Part shown: piece after piece, positions 16,542 to 26,207 of the stretch
Position numbering within the stretch: position 1 is the stretch's first letter
Layout of the letters: each line of letters starts with the position of its first letter
DNA from: Nitrospirota bacterium
GTDB lineage: Bacteria; Nitrospirota; Thermodesulfovibrionia; Thermodesulfovibrionales; JdFR-88
DNA: 64,000 bases
Assembly (NCBI GenBank): GCA_021825295.1
Contig: JAKAHV010000002.1
Coordinates: 3,141 to 67,140 of the forward strand
Direction of reading: 5' to 3'
Notes under the pieces: generated by a model
The model's database searches: none
What the model was told of the DNA's origin: nothing
Seen by the model: the letters and a program-made list of their open reading frames with translations, nothing else
Program-made: the position numbers and the translations under genes

Positions 16542-17390
16542 TCAATTGCTTCCGGGTGGCTGATATCCCGGGCCGTCCTGGGGCGGCTGCCAGGAGTTAT
16601 CCACTTTCGGCGCCTGAAACGCAGGTCCTGCCTGCGGAGCATGGAACGCAGGTCCCGCCTGCGGAGCATGAAATGCAGGCCCAGCCTGGGGCGCCTGAAA
16701 TGCCGGCCCAGCCTGGGGCGCCTGAAATGCCGGCCCGGCCTGAGGGGCCTGGTATGCCGGGCCAGCCTGGGGCGGCTGATAAGCGGGGCCGGTTTGGGGC
16801 CGCTGCCAGGGGCTTGTGCCTGGCTGCTGATAAGATGAGCCTCCGGGCTGCGGATTATTCCTGTCCGAAGCCGGTTTCACTGGCTCGTAAACATAACTGA
16901 AGACTGCCTGGCGGCGCCTCGGGCCCCTGCGACTGACATGGATGCTGGCGAATTTATTCAGGAAACCCAGATAGGACATCCAGTAAAGGTCGTAGGTCTG
17001 GCCGGATTTTAAGGTCGTGCTGAAACTCCCGTCCTTCCTGACAACGGGCGCACGCACGGCGGAATCGGCGGACTTGTCACGGCAGACGATGTGCAGGTCC
17101 GGCAATTGCCCGTCCGGGAACGGATTGCCTTTCGGGAAAACGATTTTCCCCGCCAATTCAACATAGCCGGGCGGCAATTTCTGCGGTTTTTGCGTCCCGT
17201 TCTTTCCGGAGTAGGCCCTCTCATAGGCCCGGTCCCTGGCTATGCGCTCCGTGTCCCCAAACCAGGTCGGGCTCCCGACAAGCCACCCGTAGGCATTGGC
17301 CGGAAATGCCAGGGCGCAGCTTGCCGCAATTCCAGCAAGCAAAAGAAACGCGGTGGCAAAGGCTGTGGAATTTTTATTGCGATTCTCCAT
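16542..17390 (-). CDS. secreted protein with C-terminal Pro/Gln/Ala-rich 9-aa repeats
   Basis: Signal peptide (MENRNKNSTAFATAFLLLAGIAASCALAFPANA). A beta-rich middle domain. Then 7 x PQAGPAFQA-type repeats. Confidence 0.7.
   Translation of the reverse strand: MENRNKNSTAFATAFLLLAGIAASCALAFPANAYGWLVGSPTWFGDTERIARDRAYERAYSGKNGTQKPQKLPPGYVELAGKIVFPKGNPFPDGQLPDLHIVCRDKSADSAVRAPVVRKDGSFSTTLKSGQTYDLYWMSYLGFLNKFASIHVSRRGPRRRQAVFSYVYEPVKPASDRNNPQPGGSSYQQPGTSPWQRPQTGPAYQPPQAGPAYQAPQAGPAFQAPQAGPAFQAPQAGPAFHAPQAGPAFHAPQAGPAFQAPKVDNSWQPPQDGPGYQPPGSN
16611..16799. repeat. seven tandem 27-bp repeats (coding, CGCCTGAAATGCCGGCCCAGCCTGGGG-type)
   Basis: Read directly from the sequence. Two adjacent units are identical and the others differ at a few positions. 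They lie inside CDS 16542..17390. Confidence 0.9.
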
Positions 17391-17525
17391 TCGGGTCCTC
17401 CTTCTTCCCTCCTTTTCCCGCGATATGATAAAAAATTCCCGGCAGGCAGGTAAAGGTAAAAGAAAAAAGCGATATAATGTTTAGGAAGCTTTTTAAAAAT
17501 TTCCTGAAAAGGAGCGCGAAATCAA

Positions 17526-20500
17526 ATGTTTTCCAGCAGAAAGTTTTCGGGCCTTCTTTTTGCGTCCTTGTCTTTATCTATTTTAATATCTTTATCCATT
17601 TTAATATTCATGAGTTTGGGAGGCAGAGCGGCCATGGCGCAGGAAAACGCACAGGTCTATCCGGAATATGATCTTTCGGTCTCCTTCGACCTGAAAAACA
17701 ATCTCGTAAGAGGCGATGCGAGGATAGAGCTGCCCGGCCCCGCGGAGATCTTCCTTGGCGGGGTAAAGGTGACCTCCATGAGCTTTAACGGCGGGCCGTT
17801 TGCCGGCAAGCCGGAGAAGGACTGGATCAGGACAAGCGGGAAAGGCCGCCTTGAGATCAGTTACGAAAAAACCGTGGGCGAAGGCCTTGTGGCAAACCCG
17901 GAGAGGGAAGGCGCGCTTGTGGGCAGCGTGGTAAGCGAAAAGGGCATATCCCTTACCGGCAACTGGTATCCGCAGCTAAAGGGGCTTGCCATTTATCGGC
18001 TCTCCGCCCTGGTGCCTGGCGGATTCACGGCCATATCCGAGGCCGACAATATCACCTTCGCAAATACCCCTGGCGGCAGGCTGTATTCGTTTGATTTCCC
18101 CCACCCCGTGGGCAGTATCGATCTGGTGGCGGGCGACTACGTCCAGAGCAAGGCGGCAATGGGGGGTGTGGATATCTACACCTATTTCTTTCCGGAAGAC
18201 GAGGGGCTTTCGAAGCGGTACATCGAGTACACAAAGAAATACCTTGAGATGGATGAAAAGCTGCTGGTCCCGTATCCGTACAAGAGGTTCTCGGTAGTGG
18301 AAAACTTTCTTCCCACCGGTTTTTCCATGCCGACATTCACCCTGCTTGGGGCCGAGATCGTCCGTTTCCCCTTTGTCCTCGACGAGTCGCTCGGGCACGA
18401 GATAACCCATCAGTGGTTTGGAAATTATGTTTATGCCGATTTCAGCAAGGGCAACTGGCTTGAGGGCCTCACAAGCTACGTGGCGGACTACCGCTACGCG
18501 GATATGGCGGGCAAGGGGCTCGCCTACAGGAAAAAGATACTCGTCGATTACCAGAGCTACGTGAACTCCGGGAATGATTTCCCACTCAGGCAGTTTTTTG
18601 AGAGGACGGGGCCGGCCAGCATGGCCATCGGGTACGGAAAGGGCACGATGCTCTTCTACATGCTCGAGAAAATGGTCGGGCATGACGTTTTTTACAAATC
18701 GCTGAGGGCGCTGATAGAGGAAAACAGGTGGAAGACCGCTACATGGGCGGACATAGAAAAGGTCTTCGAACAGGGATCCGGCAAGCGCCTGGACTGGTTT
18801 TTCAGCCAGTGGCTGGACAGGAAGGGCGTGCCGGACCTGAAGATTGAAGACGCAAAGTTCCTCATATCAAACGGGGAGCCCGCAGTCAGCCTGGATGTGG
18901 CGCAGGAGGCAAAAAAACCCTACCGGCTTACCCTGCCGGTCAGTATATTCAAGGACGGCAGACAGATCGTGTCCTCATCCTTTCAAATCGACGGACCAAA
19001 GCAAAAATTCCAGACCCCGGTGTCCGAAAAACCTTCCGGCCTGAGCATCGACCCCGGTTACGAGTTGATGCGGGGGCTTTCTCCGGCCGAGTTTCCCCCG
19101 GTCATATCTAGGCTTTTGGGCAGCAAGCAGCGTATGGCGGTCTACAGTGCGGCCCAGAAGGAGAAATACGCCACGCTGCTGGCGGCCCTCAAGCAGAACG
19201 GCTTTACCCTCAAAGACGAAAAAGACATCACGGACAAGGACATCCGGGGCTCCTCGCTCCTTGTGCTCGGCGTGGACAGCCCGGTTTTAAAGAGGCTCTT
19301 CGGCAAGGTGGAACTGCCGGCGGCCGGCTTTATCCTCACGGTCAGGGAAAACCCGCTCAATACGGCAAACGTCGTCGCCATCGCGCAGGCCCGCTCAAAG
19401 ACTGAGGCGGACCTGGCTGCGCCCAAGATATTCCACTACGGCCAGTACTCGACCATCAGTTTTTCCAAGGGCGTGAATACCGGCAAGGAAACGGCGAAAA
19501 GCCGCGACGGGATTGCCGTGACGATTTCCCCCCCGGTGCCTGCGGCCGTCCCGGCGAAGGGCCTTGAGCTTGACGGCATCATAAACGCCGTAAGCGCGGA
19601 GCCCGTCATATTCGTGGGTGAGCGGCATGAGGCCTATGAGGACCATCAGGTGGAGCTGGACGTCATAATGGCGCTGCACCGGATGGGCAAAAAATTCGCC
19701 ATCGGGATGGAGATGTTTCAAAGGCCGTTTCAGCAGAGCATCGACGATTTCATCTCAAAGAAGATCGGCGAGAGGGAGTTTTTGAAGAAGACGGAGTACT
19801 TCAAGAGATGGGGTTTCGACTACGACTTCTACAGGCCGATACTTGAGTACGCCAGGGCCAACGGCATACCGGTGGTGGCCCTCAATATAAGGAGGGGCAT
19901 TGCCAACAAGGTGGCCAAGGGTGGCCTGGACGCGCTGTCCGCGGACGAGAAAAAGGAAATCCCAAAGAGCATGGACATGTCCAATTGCAAGTACGAGAAA
20001 CTCCTGCGGCAGATATTCGCGGAGCACCCGAAGGGCCCGACATTCGAGCATTTCTATCAGGCCCAGATTCTCTGGGACGAGACGATGGCGCGCTCGGCGG
20101 CCGAATACCTCCTGAAAAACCCGGGCTACCAGATGGTCGTGCTTGCCGGCGAGGGACATATAATGTACGGCTACGGCATACCGCAGAGGTTTTTCAGGCG
20201 CACGGGGACAAGATATGTCACGCTCGTAAACGGCTCCTATGACACGGACATCGCGGATTACGTGCTCTTCCCGTCATACGAGGCCCCTCCCCAGCCGGCG
20301 ATGCTGGGCGTCGTGCTGGAAAAGACGAAGGAGGGGACGGTGAAAATAAAGGAGGTGGCCCCTGGCGGCCCGGCCTCGAAGGCGGGCCTTGTTGCCGGCG
20401 ATGAGATAGTCTCGATAGACGACTGGAAGGTCGGCTCGATATGGGACGCGAAGATAGCGCTCTTCGACAAAAGGCCCGGGCAGACAGTCACGGTGAAGGT

Positions 20501-20558
20501 GCTCAGAAGGCGGTTCCTGTTCGGCAGGACTGAAGAGGCGGTAAAGGTCAAACTTTAG
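17526..20558 (+). CDS. secreted multidomain protein: M1-family zinc peptidase + ChaN/TIKI-superfamily domain + PDZ
   Basis: Signal/anchor peptide. HEITHQWFGN-X-WLEG (HExxH-X18-E gluzincin signature). FVGERHEAYEDHQVELDVI...GMEMFQ...AQILWDETMA...LAGEGHI (ChaN-like). C-terminal GVVLEK...VAPGGPASKAGLVAGDEIVSIDD (PDZ). Confidence 0.85.
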   Translation: MFSSRKFSGLLFASLSLSILISLSILIFMSLGGRAAMAQENAQVYPEYDLSVSFDLKNNLVRGDARIELPGPAEIFLGGVKVTSMSFNGGPFAGKPEKDWIRTSGKGRLEISYEKTVGEGLVANPEREGALVGSVVSEKGISLTGNWYPQLKGLAIYRLSALVPGGFTAISEADNITFANTPGGRLYSFDFPHPVGSIDLVAGDYVQSKAAMGGVDIYTYFFPEDEGLSKRYIEYTKKYLEMDEKLLVPYPYKRFSVVENFLPTGFSMPTFTLLGAEIVRFPFVLDESLGHEITHQWFGNYVYADFSKGNWLEGLTSYVADYRYADMAGKGLAYRKKILVDYQSYVNSGNDFPLRQFFERTGPASMAIGYGKGTMLFYMLEKMVGHDVFYKSLRALIEENRWKTATWADIEKVFEQGSGKRLDWFFSQWLDRKGVPDLKIEDAKFLISNGEPAVSLDVAQEAKKPYRLTLPVSIFKDGRQIVSSSFQIDGPKQKFQTPVSEKPSGLSIDPGYELMRGLSPAEFPPVISRLLGSKQRMAVYSAAQKEKYATLLAALKQNGFTLKDEKDITDKDIRGSSLLVLGVDSPVLKRLFGKVELPAAGFILTVRENPLNTANVVAIAQARSKTEADLAAPKIFHYGQYSTISFSKGVNTGKETAKSRDGIAVTISPPVPAAVPAKGLELDGIINAVSAEPVIFVGERHEAYEDHQVELDVIMALHRMGKKFAIGMEMFQRPFQQSIDDFISKKIGEREFLKKTEYFKRWGFDYDFYRPILEYARANGIPVVALNIRRGIANKVAKGGLDALSADEKKEIPKSMDMSNCKYEKLLRQIFAEHPKGPTFEHFYQAQILWDETMARSAAEYLLKNPGYQMVVLAGEGHIMYGYGIPQRFFRRTGTRYVTLVNGSYDTDIADYVLFPSYEAPPQPAMLGVVLEKTKEGTVKIKEVAPGGPASKAGLVAGDEIVSIDDWKVGSIWDAKIALFDKRPGQTVTVKVLRRRFLFGRTEEAVKVKL

Positions 20559-20588
20559 GCCCGGAAAGGTTTTTCCCGGGCCTTTTTT
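20558..20588. terminator. bidirectional rho-independent terminator
   Basis: GGCCCGG (20558-20564) pairs with CCGGGCC (20576-20582), then TTTTTT (20583-20588). Lies between convergent genes. Confidence 0.7.
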
Positions 20589-21041
20589 CTACCTGGCCGG
20601 CTCTTTCCTCACCATGAGGATGGAGCAGGGCAGCTTGCGCACAATTTCCTCGGTGGTGTGGCCGAAAAACATGTGCTCAAGCCGGGTCTCGGAGTGCGTA
20701 GGAAGGACCAGAAGGTTGACGTTCTTCTCCTTGACCGTCTTCAGTATCTCCTTCACGGGTTCGCCCTTGACGACTATCTTGGTTATACGCGTCCCGTTTT
20801 TTTTCTCCTCTTCCATCATGATGTCCAGTTGCCGCCCCGTGTCCGCGATGAGCTTGTCGTATTCCTGCTTGAGGTTGGGGACGGGAATGCTCCACCCCTC
20901 AAGGCCGAACGGGTTATAAATGGCATGCATTACGAAAAGCTCGGCCCCCAGGGTCCTGGCCAGCGTGATGCCGTAATGAACGGCCTTGGGCGAGTCTCTG
21001 TCCATCCAACTGACGACCAGTATGCGCTTTACATCTTCCAT
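20589..21041 (-). CDS. universal stress protein (UspA family)
   Basis: 150 aa. RILVVSWMDRDSPKAVHYGITLARTLGAELFVMHA...NLLVLPTHSETRLEHMFFGHTTEEIVRKLPCSILMV. Confidence 0.85.
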   Translation of the reverse strand: MEDVKRILVVSWMDRDSPKAVHYGITLARTLGAELFVMHAIYNPFGLEGWSIPVPNLKQEYDKLIADTGRQLDIMMEEEKKNGTRITKIVVKGEPVKEILKTVKEKNVNLLVLPTHSETRLEHMFFGHTTEEIVRKLPCSILMVRKEPAR

Positions 21042-21205
21042 TGCCGCCTCCTGTTTAGCGCTCCGCCTTGTGAGGGGCGGAAAAAATCATATCGTCTAAG
21101 AGATAAACCATTTTGCCCCCAAAGTCCAGCAAAATTTTTTTTCTCTTCAACCCCCACGCCCCTTTCCCCCGGCGGGCCCAATTCGATAATAGGGACAGCG
21201 CCCAT

Positions 21206-21520
21206 TTATGCGGCATTCAATGGCTTAATCCTGGCCAAATTTATTTTTTTCTCTTTTCCCACCAGCCATAAATCAACTGCGCTCTGCGCATTGATCCAGA
21301 ACTGCGGGGTGTTCCCGAAAAGACGCGCCAGGCGGAGCGCCATCTCGGCAGTTACCGCCCGTCTCTCTCGGAGCAGTTCGTTGACAGTTTGGCGCGACAC
21401 TCCCAATTGCCGCGCCAGGCTGGCAACAGTGAGCCCATAATCAGGCATAAAATCCTCCCTCAGCATCTCGCCGGGATGTGTCGGTCTTATAGTGCGTTGC
21501 GCTGTCTTGCTCATGATCAC
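21206..21520 (-). CDS. higA: HigA antitoxin (XRE-type HTH)
   Basis: HPGEMLREDFMPDYGLTVASLARQLGVSRQTVNELLRERRAVTAEMALRLARLFGNTPQFWINAQ. GGGAGG SD. Start is GTG 21520 or ATG 21514. Lies 12 nt downstream of higB. Confidence 0.85.
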   Translation of the reverse strand: MIMSKTAQRTIRPTHPGEMLREDFMPDYGLTVASLARQLGVSRQTVNELLRERRAVTAEMALRLARLFGNTPQFWINAQSAVDLWLVGKEKKINLARIKPLNAA

Positions 21521-21532
21521 GGAACCTCCCCT

Positions 21533-21778
21533 TTAATGATAATCGGTTATTCCAACGTCGTATGCGTCCCCTTCAGCGAATCTGAAACATATGCGCCACT
21601 GATCGTTAATAGAGATTGAATATTGTCCCGCCCTGTCTCCCCTCAAAGCATGCAATCTATTGCCAGGCGGTACTTTCAAGTCATCAAGACAAGTTGCAAG
21701 ATCAACGTACTCAAGGCGGCGGATTGCTCGTCGTATCAGTTCCGGAGGCAATCGCCGCGATTTCCCGGTTTTGTACAA
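21533..21778 (-). CDS. higB: HigB toxin (RelE/ParE superfamily, plasmid maintenance killer type)
   Basis: LDDLKVPPGNRLHALRGDRAGQYSISINDQWRICFRFAEGDAYDVGITDYH. The only possible start is TTG 21778, because an in-frame TAA lies 11 codons upstream. About 10 aa shorter than typical HigB. Confidence 0.75.
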   Translation of the reverse strand: MYKTGKSRRLPPELIRRAIRRLEYVDLATCLDDLKVPPGNRLHALRGDRAGQYSISINDQWRICFRFAEGDAYDVGITDYH

Positions 21779-21822
21779 GTTCTTCGGTATCCTTGTCCGA
21801 GAATGACCTTATCACCGCTCGT

Positions 21823-21851
21823 ATTGTATCGTGTATCGTGACACTTGTCAA
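21823..21851 (-). promoter_or_regulatory. near-consensus sigma70 promoter of higBA (TTGACA-N17-TACAAT) with direct-repeat operator candidate
   Basis: The minus strand reads TTGACAagtgtcacgatacacgaTACAAT. The spacer plus -10 region contains the tandem CACGATA CACGATA. Confidence 0.55.
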
Positions 21852-22150
21852 ATATTTTAAAGGCAAAGGAACCCGTCAACTGGCTTTAGCCTATGCTCTT
21901 CAATGCGTTTTTTCCACTGATCAGAATAGTTACAAAGCGGTCGATTATGAAAAGCTGATCGCGCAATTATCGAGGCGATTAAAACGTTGTCCGCTCAAAA
22001 CGCGGCGCTCAAGGCCGCCATCTGCAACATGAACCCGAAAGCCGCGGTCTGCCAGAATTGAAATGGAATGCCGGCATGCCTCTGCGCAATTTTGGTCCGG
22101 CATGAAATTTAAGCTTGAAAAATTTCCCCCATATAGGGGACTATATAATA

Positions 22151-22588
22151 ATGAACAGTTCGAGAAAGGTCCGCAGCGGCGATACCGTAAAGGTCCATTA
22201 CACCGGGAAATTCGATGACGGGTCCGTCTTCGATTCGTCAAAGGACAGGGAACCCCTTCAGTTTACCCTGGGCAAGGGCGGCCTCATCAGGGGTTTCGAG
22301 GAGGCCGTGGAGGGTATGGCGGAGGGCGAGGCCAGGACGGTCAAAATCCCTCCGGACAAGGGTTACGGGCAGCGCAGGGAAGAGCTTGTCTTCAAGATAA
22401 AAAAAGAGGTCTTCCCGCCGATGATCGAGAAGAAGATCGGCGCCATGCTTGAGCTGAGGCAGCCCGACGGCGGCATCCTCGAGGTGCAGATTTCCGATGT
22501 CACGGAAGATTTTGTGGTGCTGGACGGCAACCATCCGCTCGCCGGAAAAGACCTCCTTTTCGAGATCGAAGTCGTAGAGATTTCCTGA
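22151..22588 (+). CDS. FKBP-type peptidyl-prolyl cis-trans isomerase (SlyD/FkpB-like)
   Basis: [44 protein letters not shown]...[20 protein letters not shown]. Start is taken at ATG 22151. Confidence 0.85.
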   Translation: MNSSRKVRSGDTVKVHYTGKFDDGSVFDSSKDREPLQFTLGKGGLIRGFEEAVEGMAEGEARTVKIPPDKGYGQRREELVFKIKKEVFPPMIEKKIGAMLELRQPDGGILEVQISDVTEDFVVLDGNHPLAGKDLLFEIEVVEIS

Positions 22589-22714
22589 AAAAACTCCATC
22601 CTTAAAAACGCCCGCCGGTGTGCGGCCGCTGACGCCGCGCCCCTCCGCGCGGGCCAGCCCCTGCCTGTCTGCGCCTTCCGGGGGAAAAACTTTTTCATTT
22701 CTCACCTTTCAGCA

Positions 22715-22742
22715 TTGACTTTTCCGCTTTTAATGATAATTT
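22715..22742 (+). promoter_or_regulatory. promoter candidate upstream of nuo operon (TTGACT-N16-TGaTAATTT)
   Basis: TTGACT at 22715-22720. Extended -10 TGATAATTT ends at 22742. About 150 nt upstream of nuoA. Confidence 0.35.
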
Positions 22743-22889
22743 TTTAATTAAAGATTCATTCATATTCACCCTCCGCTGCCCGTCAAACGGAGCGGCCGCA
22801 GGCGGAGGCAGCGGGGCGGAGGCGGCGGGGTCGACTATTTTTAGTTTTTTTAGTTTCGGTTTTCGTTATAATGCCGGGGGAGGTGCCAA

Positions 22890-23270
22890 TTGACACAGAG
22901 GCTTTGGCCCCTGGCGGTATATTTCTTCCTGGTTATCGCCATGGTGGCCGGCATGATAGGGCTTTCTTATGTGATCGGCCAGCGCCACCGTGAAAGGGAG
23001 ACCGGGCAGCCATATGAGTCGGGCATAGTCCCCACCGGCACGGCCCGCCTTCGCTTCGACGTGAAATTCTATCTGATAGCCATGTTCTTCGTGATATTCG
23101 ATCTTGAAAGCCTGTTTATAATCTCCTGGGCCATCGCCTTGAGGCAGTCCGGCTGGGCCGGGTACATAGAGATACTCATATTCATATCCGTCCTGGTTGC
23201 CGCGCTCGTTTACCTCTGGAGGCTTGGAGCGCTGGATTGGGCCGCGGGGAAGACGGAGAAAGAAAGGTAA
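22890..23270 (+). CDS. nuoA: NADH-quinone oxidoreductase subunit A
   Basis: TTG start after a GGGGGAGGTG SD. ...[36 protein letters not shown]... Confidence 0.9.
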   Translation: MTQRLWPLAVYFFLVIAMVAGMIGLSYVIGQRHRERETGQPYESGIVPTGTARLRFDVKFYLIAMFFVIFDLESLFIISWAIALRQSGWAGYIEILIFISVLVAALVYLWRLGALDWAAGKTEKER

Positions 23271-23283
23271 AGGGGCTACCCGC

Positions 23284-23919
23284 ATGAAATGGTCTCTCAC
23301 AAGGCCGGCGCACCCGGCATTGAAGCCTGGCGACGGCACGGCCGAGGATGTCGTGTCGAAAAACGTTGTCTTCACCACCCTGGAGGGCCTGCTTGCCTGG
23401 GGGAGAAAAAATTCCATCTGGCCGTTTAATTTCGGTCTCTCCTGCTGCTATGTGGAGATGGCGACGAGCATAACGAGCAAGTACGACATTGCCCGCTTCG
23501 GGGCGGAGGTCGTGCGCGGCACGCCCAGGGAGGCCGACCTGATGATCGTCGCTGGCACCGTTTTCATAAAGATTGCGCCCACCATAAAGAGGCTGTACCA
23601 GCAGATGATGCTCCCCAGGTGGGTGATATCGATGGGTTCCTGCGCCAACTCCGGCGGCATGTACGACATCTACAGCGTGGTGCAGGGCGTGGACAAATTC
23701 CTTCCCGTGGACGTCTACGTGCCGGGCTGTCCTCCCCGCCCGGACGCCTTCATGGAGGGGCTTTTGCTTCTGAGGGAGCAGGTCGGGAAGGAGAGACGGC
23801 CTGTTAGCTGGGTGGCCGGCCCGCAGGAGGTGGTAAAGCCGGTCATGCCCGCGATGCGCGACCTTAAACGCGGGGAGAGGCAAAAAGCGACCGGTCTGCC
23901 AACGCCTGATCACGTCTGA
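23284..23919 (+). CDS. nuoB: NADH-quinone oxidoreductase subunit B
   Basis: ATG 23284. [17 protein letters not shown]...[10 protein letters not shown]...VPGCPPRP (N2 cluster cysteines). Confidence 0.9.
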   Translation: MKWSLTRPAHPALKPGDGTAEDVVSKNVVFTTLEGLLAWGRKNSIWPFNFGLSCCYVEMATSITSKYDIARFGAEVVRGTPREADLMIVAGTVFIKIAPTIKRLYQQMMLPRWVISMGSCANSGGMYDIYSVVQGVDKFLPVDVYVPGCPPRPDAFMEGLLLLREQVGKERRPVSWVAGPQEVVKPVMPAMRDLKRGERQKATGLPTPDHV

Positions 23920-23924
23920 TCGAC

Positions 23925-25706
23925 ATGAACGGCCCGGCTGCCATGAATGAAAATACCGGAAAGACAGTCATAAGCGAACTCATGGGAAAATTCGGCTCCG
24001 CCGCCACCCCGCAGGAGACCAGGGACGGGGTGCCGACCGTCTGGATCGAAAAGGGGCGGGCGCACGAGGCGCTCCGTTATTTGAAGACCGGAAGCGAAAG
24101 CCGTTTCCGGATGCTCTATGACCTTACGGCAATCGACGAGCGGGTGCGCGCCAACAGGGCGGGGCAGCCCGAAAGCGATTTTACGGTGGTCTACCACCTG
24201 CTGTCATACGACAAAAACGAGGATGTGCGCATAAAGGTGGCGCTCAAGGGGGACAGCCCTGAGGCAAGGAGCGTGACGGACATCTGGCCCGCGGCCAACT
24301 GGTACGAGCGCGAGGTCTGGGACATGTTCGGCGTCAGGTTCGACGGCCATCCCAATCTCAGGCGGATACTGATGCCTCCCACATGGAAGGGGCACCCGCT
24401 TAGGAAGGACCATCCTGCGCGCGCGACCGAGATGGGGCCTTTCCGGCTGCCGGATGAACGGAGCGAGGAAGAGCAGATGGCGCTGAAATTTCACCCTGAA
24501 GAATGGGGAATAAAACCCGGCGTGCGCGAGGCGGATTACATGTTCCTGAACCTGGGCCCCCACCATCCCGGAACTCACGGATTGCTGCGCATCATACTTG
24601 CCCTGGACGGGGAGGAGATAGTGGACGCGGTCCCGGATATAGGCTTTCACCACCGGGGGGCCGAAAAGATGGGCGAGCGCCAGTCATGGCACACCTATAT
24701 CCCCTACACCGACAGGATAGACTATCTGGCCGGCGTCCTCAATAACCTCCCTTACGTGCTCGCCGTGGAAAAGCTGGCGGGCATCGAGGTGGGCGACCGG
24801 GTTAAGGTCATAAGGGTTATGCTGTCGGAGCTTTTCCGGATAGAAAGCCACCTCGTATGGTACGGCACCTTCGCCCAGGACCTGGGCGCCCTCTCGCCGG
24901 TCTTTTACACATTCTACGACCGCGAGCGGATGTTCGAGATCATAGAGGCCGTCTGCGGGGGGCGGATGCACCCTAGCTGGTTCCGGATCGGCGGTGTGGC
25001 CCAGGACCTGCCGCGCGGATGGGACGGGCTCGTTAAAAATTTCCTTGACTGGCTTCCGCACAGGCTTGCCGAATACGACAGGATAATAATGAAAAATAAG
25101 ATGTTCAAGGTGCGCACCCAGGGCGTGGGCGCCTATACGCTCGATGAGGCGATGGAATGGGGGGTCACGGGCCCGAACCTCAGGGCATGCGGTTTCGAGT
25201 GGGACTGGAGGAAGAAAAGACCCTACTCGGGATACGAGTGGTTCGACTTCGAAGTCCCCACGGCCCCCGTGGGGGACTGCTACGGAAGGGCCGTGGTCCG
25301 GGTGGAGGAGATCAGGCAGAGCATGCGCATAGTGCGGCAGTGCATGGAGAACATGCCGCCGCCCGCGCCGGGGCGCGAGTACAAGTCCAGGCGCCCGCTT
25401 GCGGCGCCTCCGCTCAAGGAGAAGACGATGCTGGACATCGAGACCCTCATTAACCACTTCCTCGGCGTCTCCTGGGGGCCGGTGATACCGCCCGGCGAGG
25501 CGGCCGTCGGCGTCGAGGCGGCCAAGGGCAACAACAGCTATTATCTTGTAAGCGACGGCGGGACCGCCTCCTACCGCACGCGCATCCGTACGCCCTCTTT
25601 CCCCCACATGCAGACCATACCGTTTCTCAGCCGGGGGCTTACGATACCGGATTTGATAGCCATTCTGGGGAGCATCGATTTCATCCTTGCCGATATCGAC
25701 AGGTGA
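23925..25706 (+). CDS. nuoCD: NADH-quinone oxidoreductase fused subunits C/D
   Basis: 593 aa. The NuoC part has [27 protein letters not shown]. The NuoD part has [28 protein letters not shown]...[11 protein letters not shown]. Confidence 0.9.
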   Translation: MNGPAAMNENTGKTVISELMGKFGSAATPQETRDGVPTVWIEKGRAHEALRYLKTGSESRFRMLYDLTAIDERVRANRAGQPESDFTVVYHLLSYDKNEDVRIKVALKGDSPEARSVTDIWPAANWYEREVWDMFGVRFDGHPNLRRILMPPTWKGHPLRKDHPARATEMGPFRLPDERSEEEQMALKFHPEEWGIKPGVREADYMFLNLGPHHPGTHGLLRIILALDGEEIVDAVPDIGFHHRGAEKMGERQSWHTYIPYTDRIDYLAGVLNNLPYVLAVEKLAGIEVGDRVKVIRVMLSELFRIESHLVWYGTFAQDLGALSPVFYTFYDRERMFEIIEAVCGGRMHPSWFRIGGVAQDLPRGWDGLVKNFLDWLPHRLAEYDRIIMKNKMFKVRTQGVGAYTLDEAMEWGVTGPNLRACGFEWDWRKKRPYSGYEWFDFEVPTAPVGDCYGRAVVRVEEIRQSMRIVRQCMENMPPPAPGREYKSRRPLAAPPLKEKTMLDIETLINHFLGVSWGPVIPPGEAAVGVEAAKGNNSYYLVSDGGTASYRTRIRTPSFPHMQTIPFLSRGLTIPDLIAILGSIDFILADIDR

Positions 25707-25724
25707 AGGGAAGAAAATGAAGAC

Positions 25725-26192
25725 ATGCTGAGCGGCGCGGAGCTTAATGAGATAGAGAAGGAACTAAGGGCGTACTCCGACAGGAAAATGGGGTGTATAG
25801 GCGCTCTGAAGATAGTGCAGAGGCACAGGGGATGGATAACGGATGAGGCCCTCAGGGACCTGGCCGGTTATCTTGAAATGACCCCCGATGAGCTTGACAG
25901 CGTGGCGACCTTCTACCCGCTAGTGTTCCGCAGGCAGGTGGGAAGGCACGTAATCCTGGTCTGCGACAGCGTGAGCTGCTACAACGTGGGCTATGAGGAG
26001 CTGCTCTGGCATCTGATGAAGAGGCTTGCAATCGGGCTCGGCCAGACGACCGCGGACGGGAGGTTCACGCTTCTGCCCGCGGCCTGCCTCGGGGTCTGCG
26101 AATCCGCTCCGGCCATCATGATAGACGCGGACGTGCACGGCGGCCTGGAGCCGCCCGAAAAGGTGGACCAGATACTGAATTCATATGAATGA
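25725..26192 (+). CDS. nuoE: NADH-quinone oxidoreductase subunit E
   Basis: VCDSVSC...ACLGVCESAPAIMID 2Fe-2S pattern. 155 aa. Confidence 0.9.
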   Translation: MLSGAELNEIEKELRAYSDRKMGCIGALKIVQRHRGWITDEALRDLAGYLEMTPDELDSVATFYPLVFRRQVGRHVILVCDSVSCYNVGYEELLWHLMKRLAIGLGQTTADGRFTLLPAACLGVCESAPAIMIDADVHGGLEPPEKVDQILNSYE

Positions 26193-26207
26193 GGGCGGGG
26201 AAATTAT

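Noticed and set aside
16611-16799. Possible CRISPR array (regularly spaced repeats)
   Set aside because: The units are contiguous 27-bp tandem repeats without spacers. They are in frame within a protein-coding gene. No cas genes are present.
21951-22061. 36-codon coiled-coil-like frame KADRAIIEAIKTLSAQNAALKAAICNMNPKAAVCQN upstream of the FKBP gene
   Set aside because: It is preceded directly by an in-frame TGA. It has no start codon before the late Met and no SD. At best it is a decayed gene fragment and cannot be supported as a feature.
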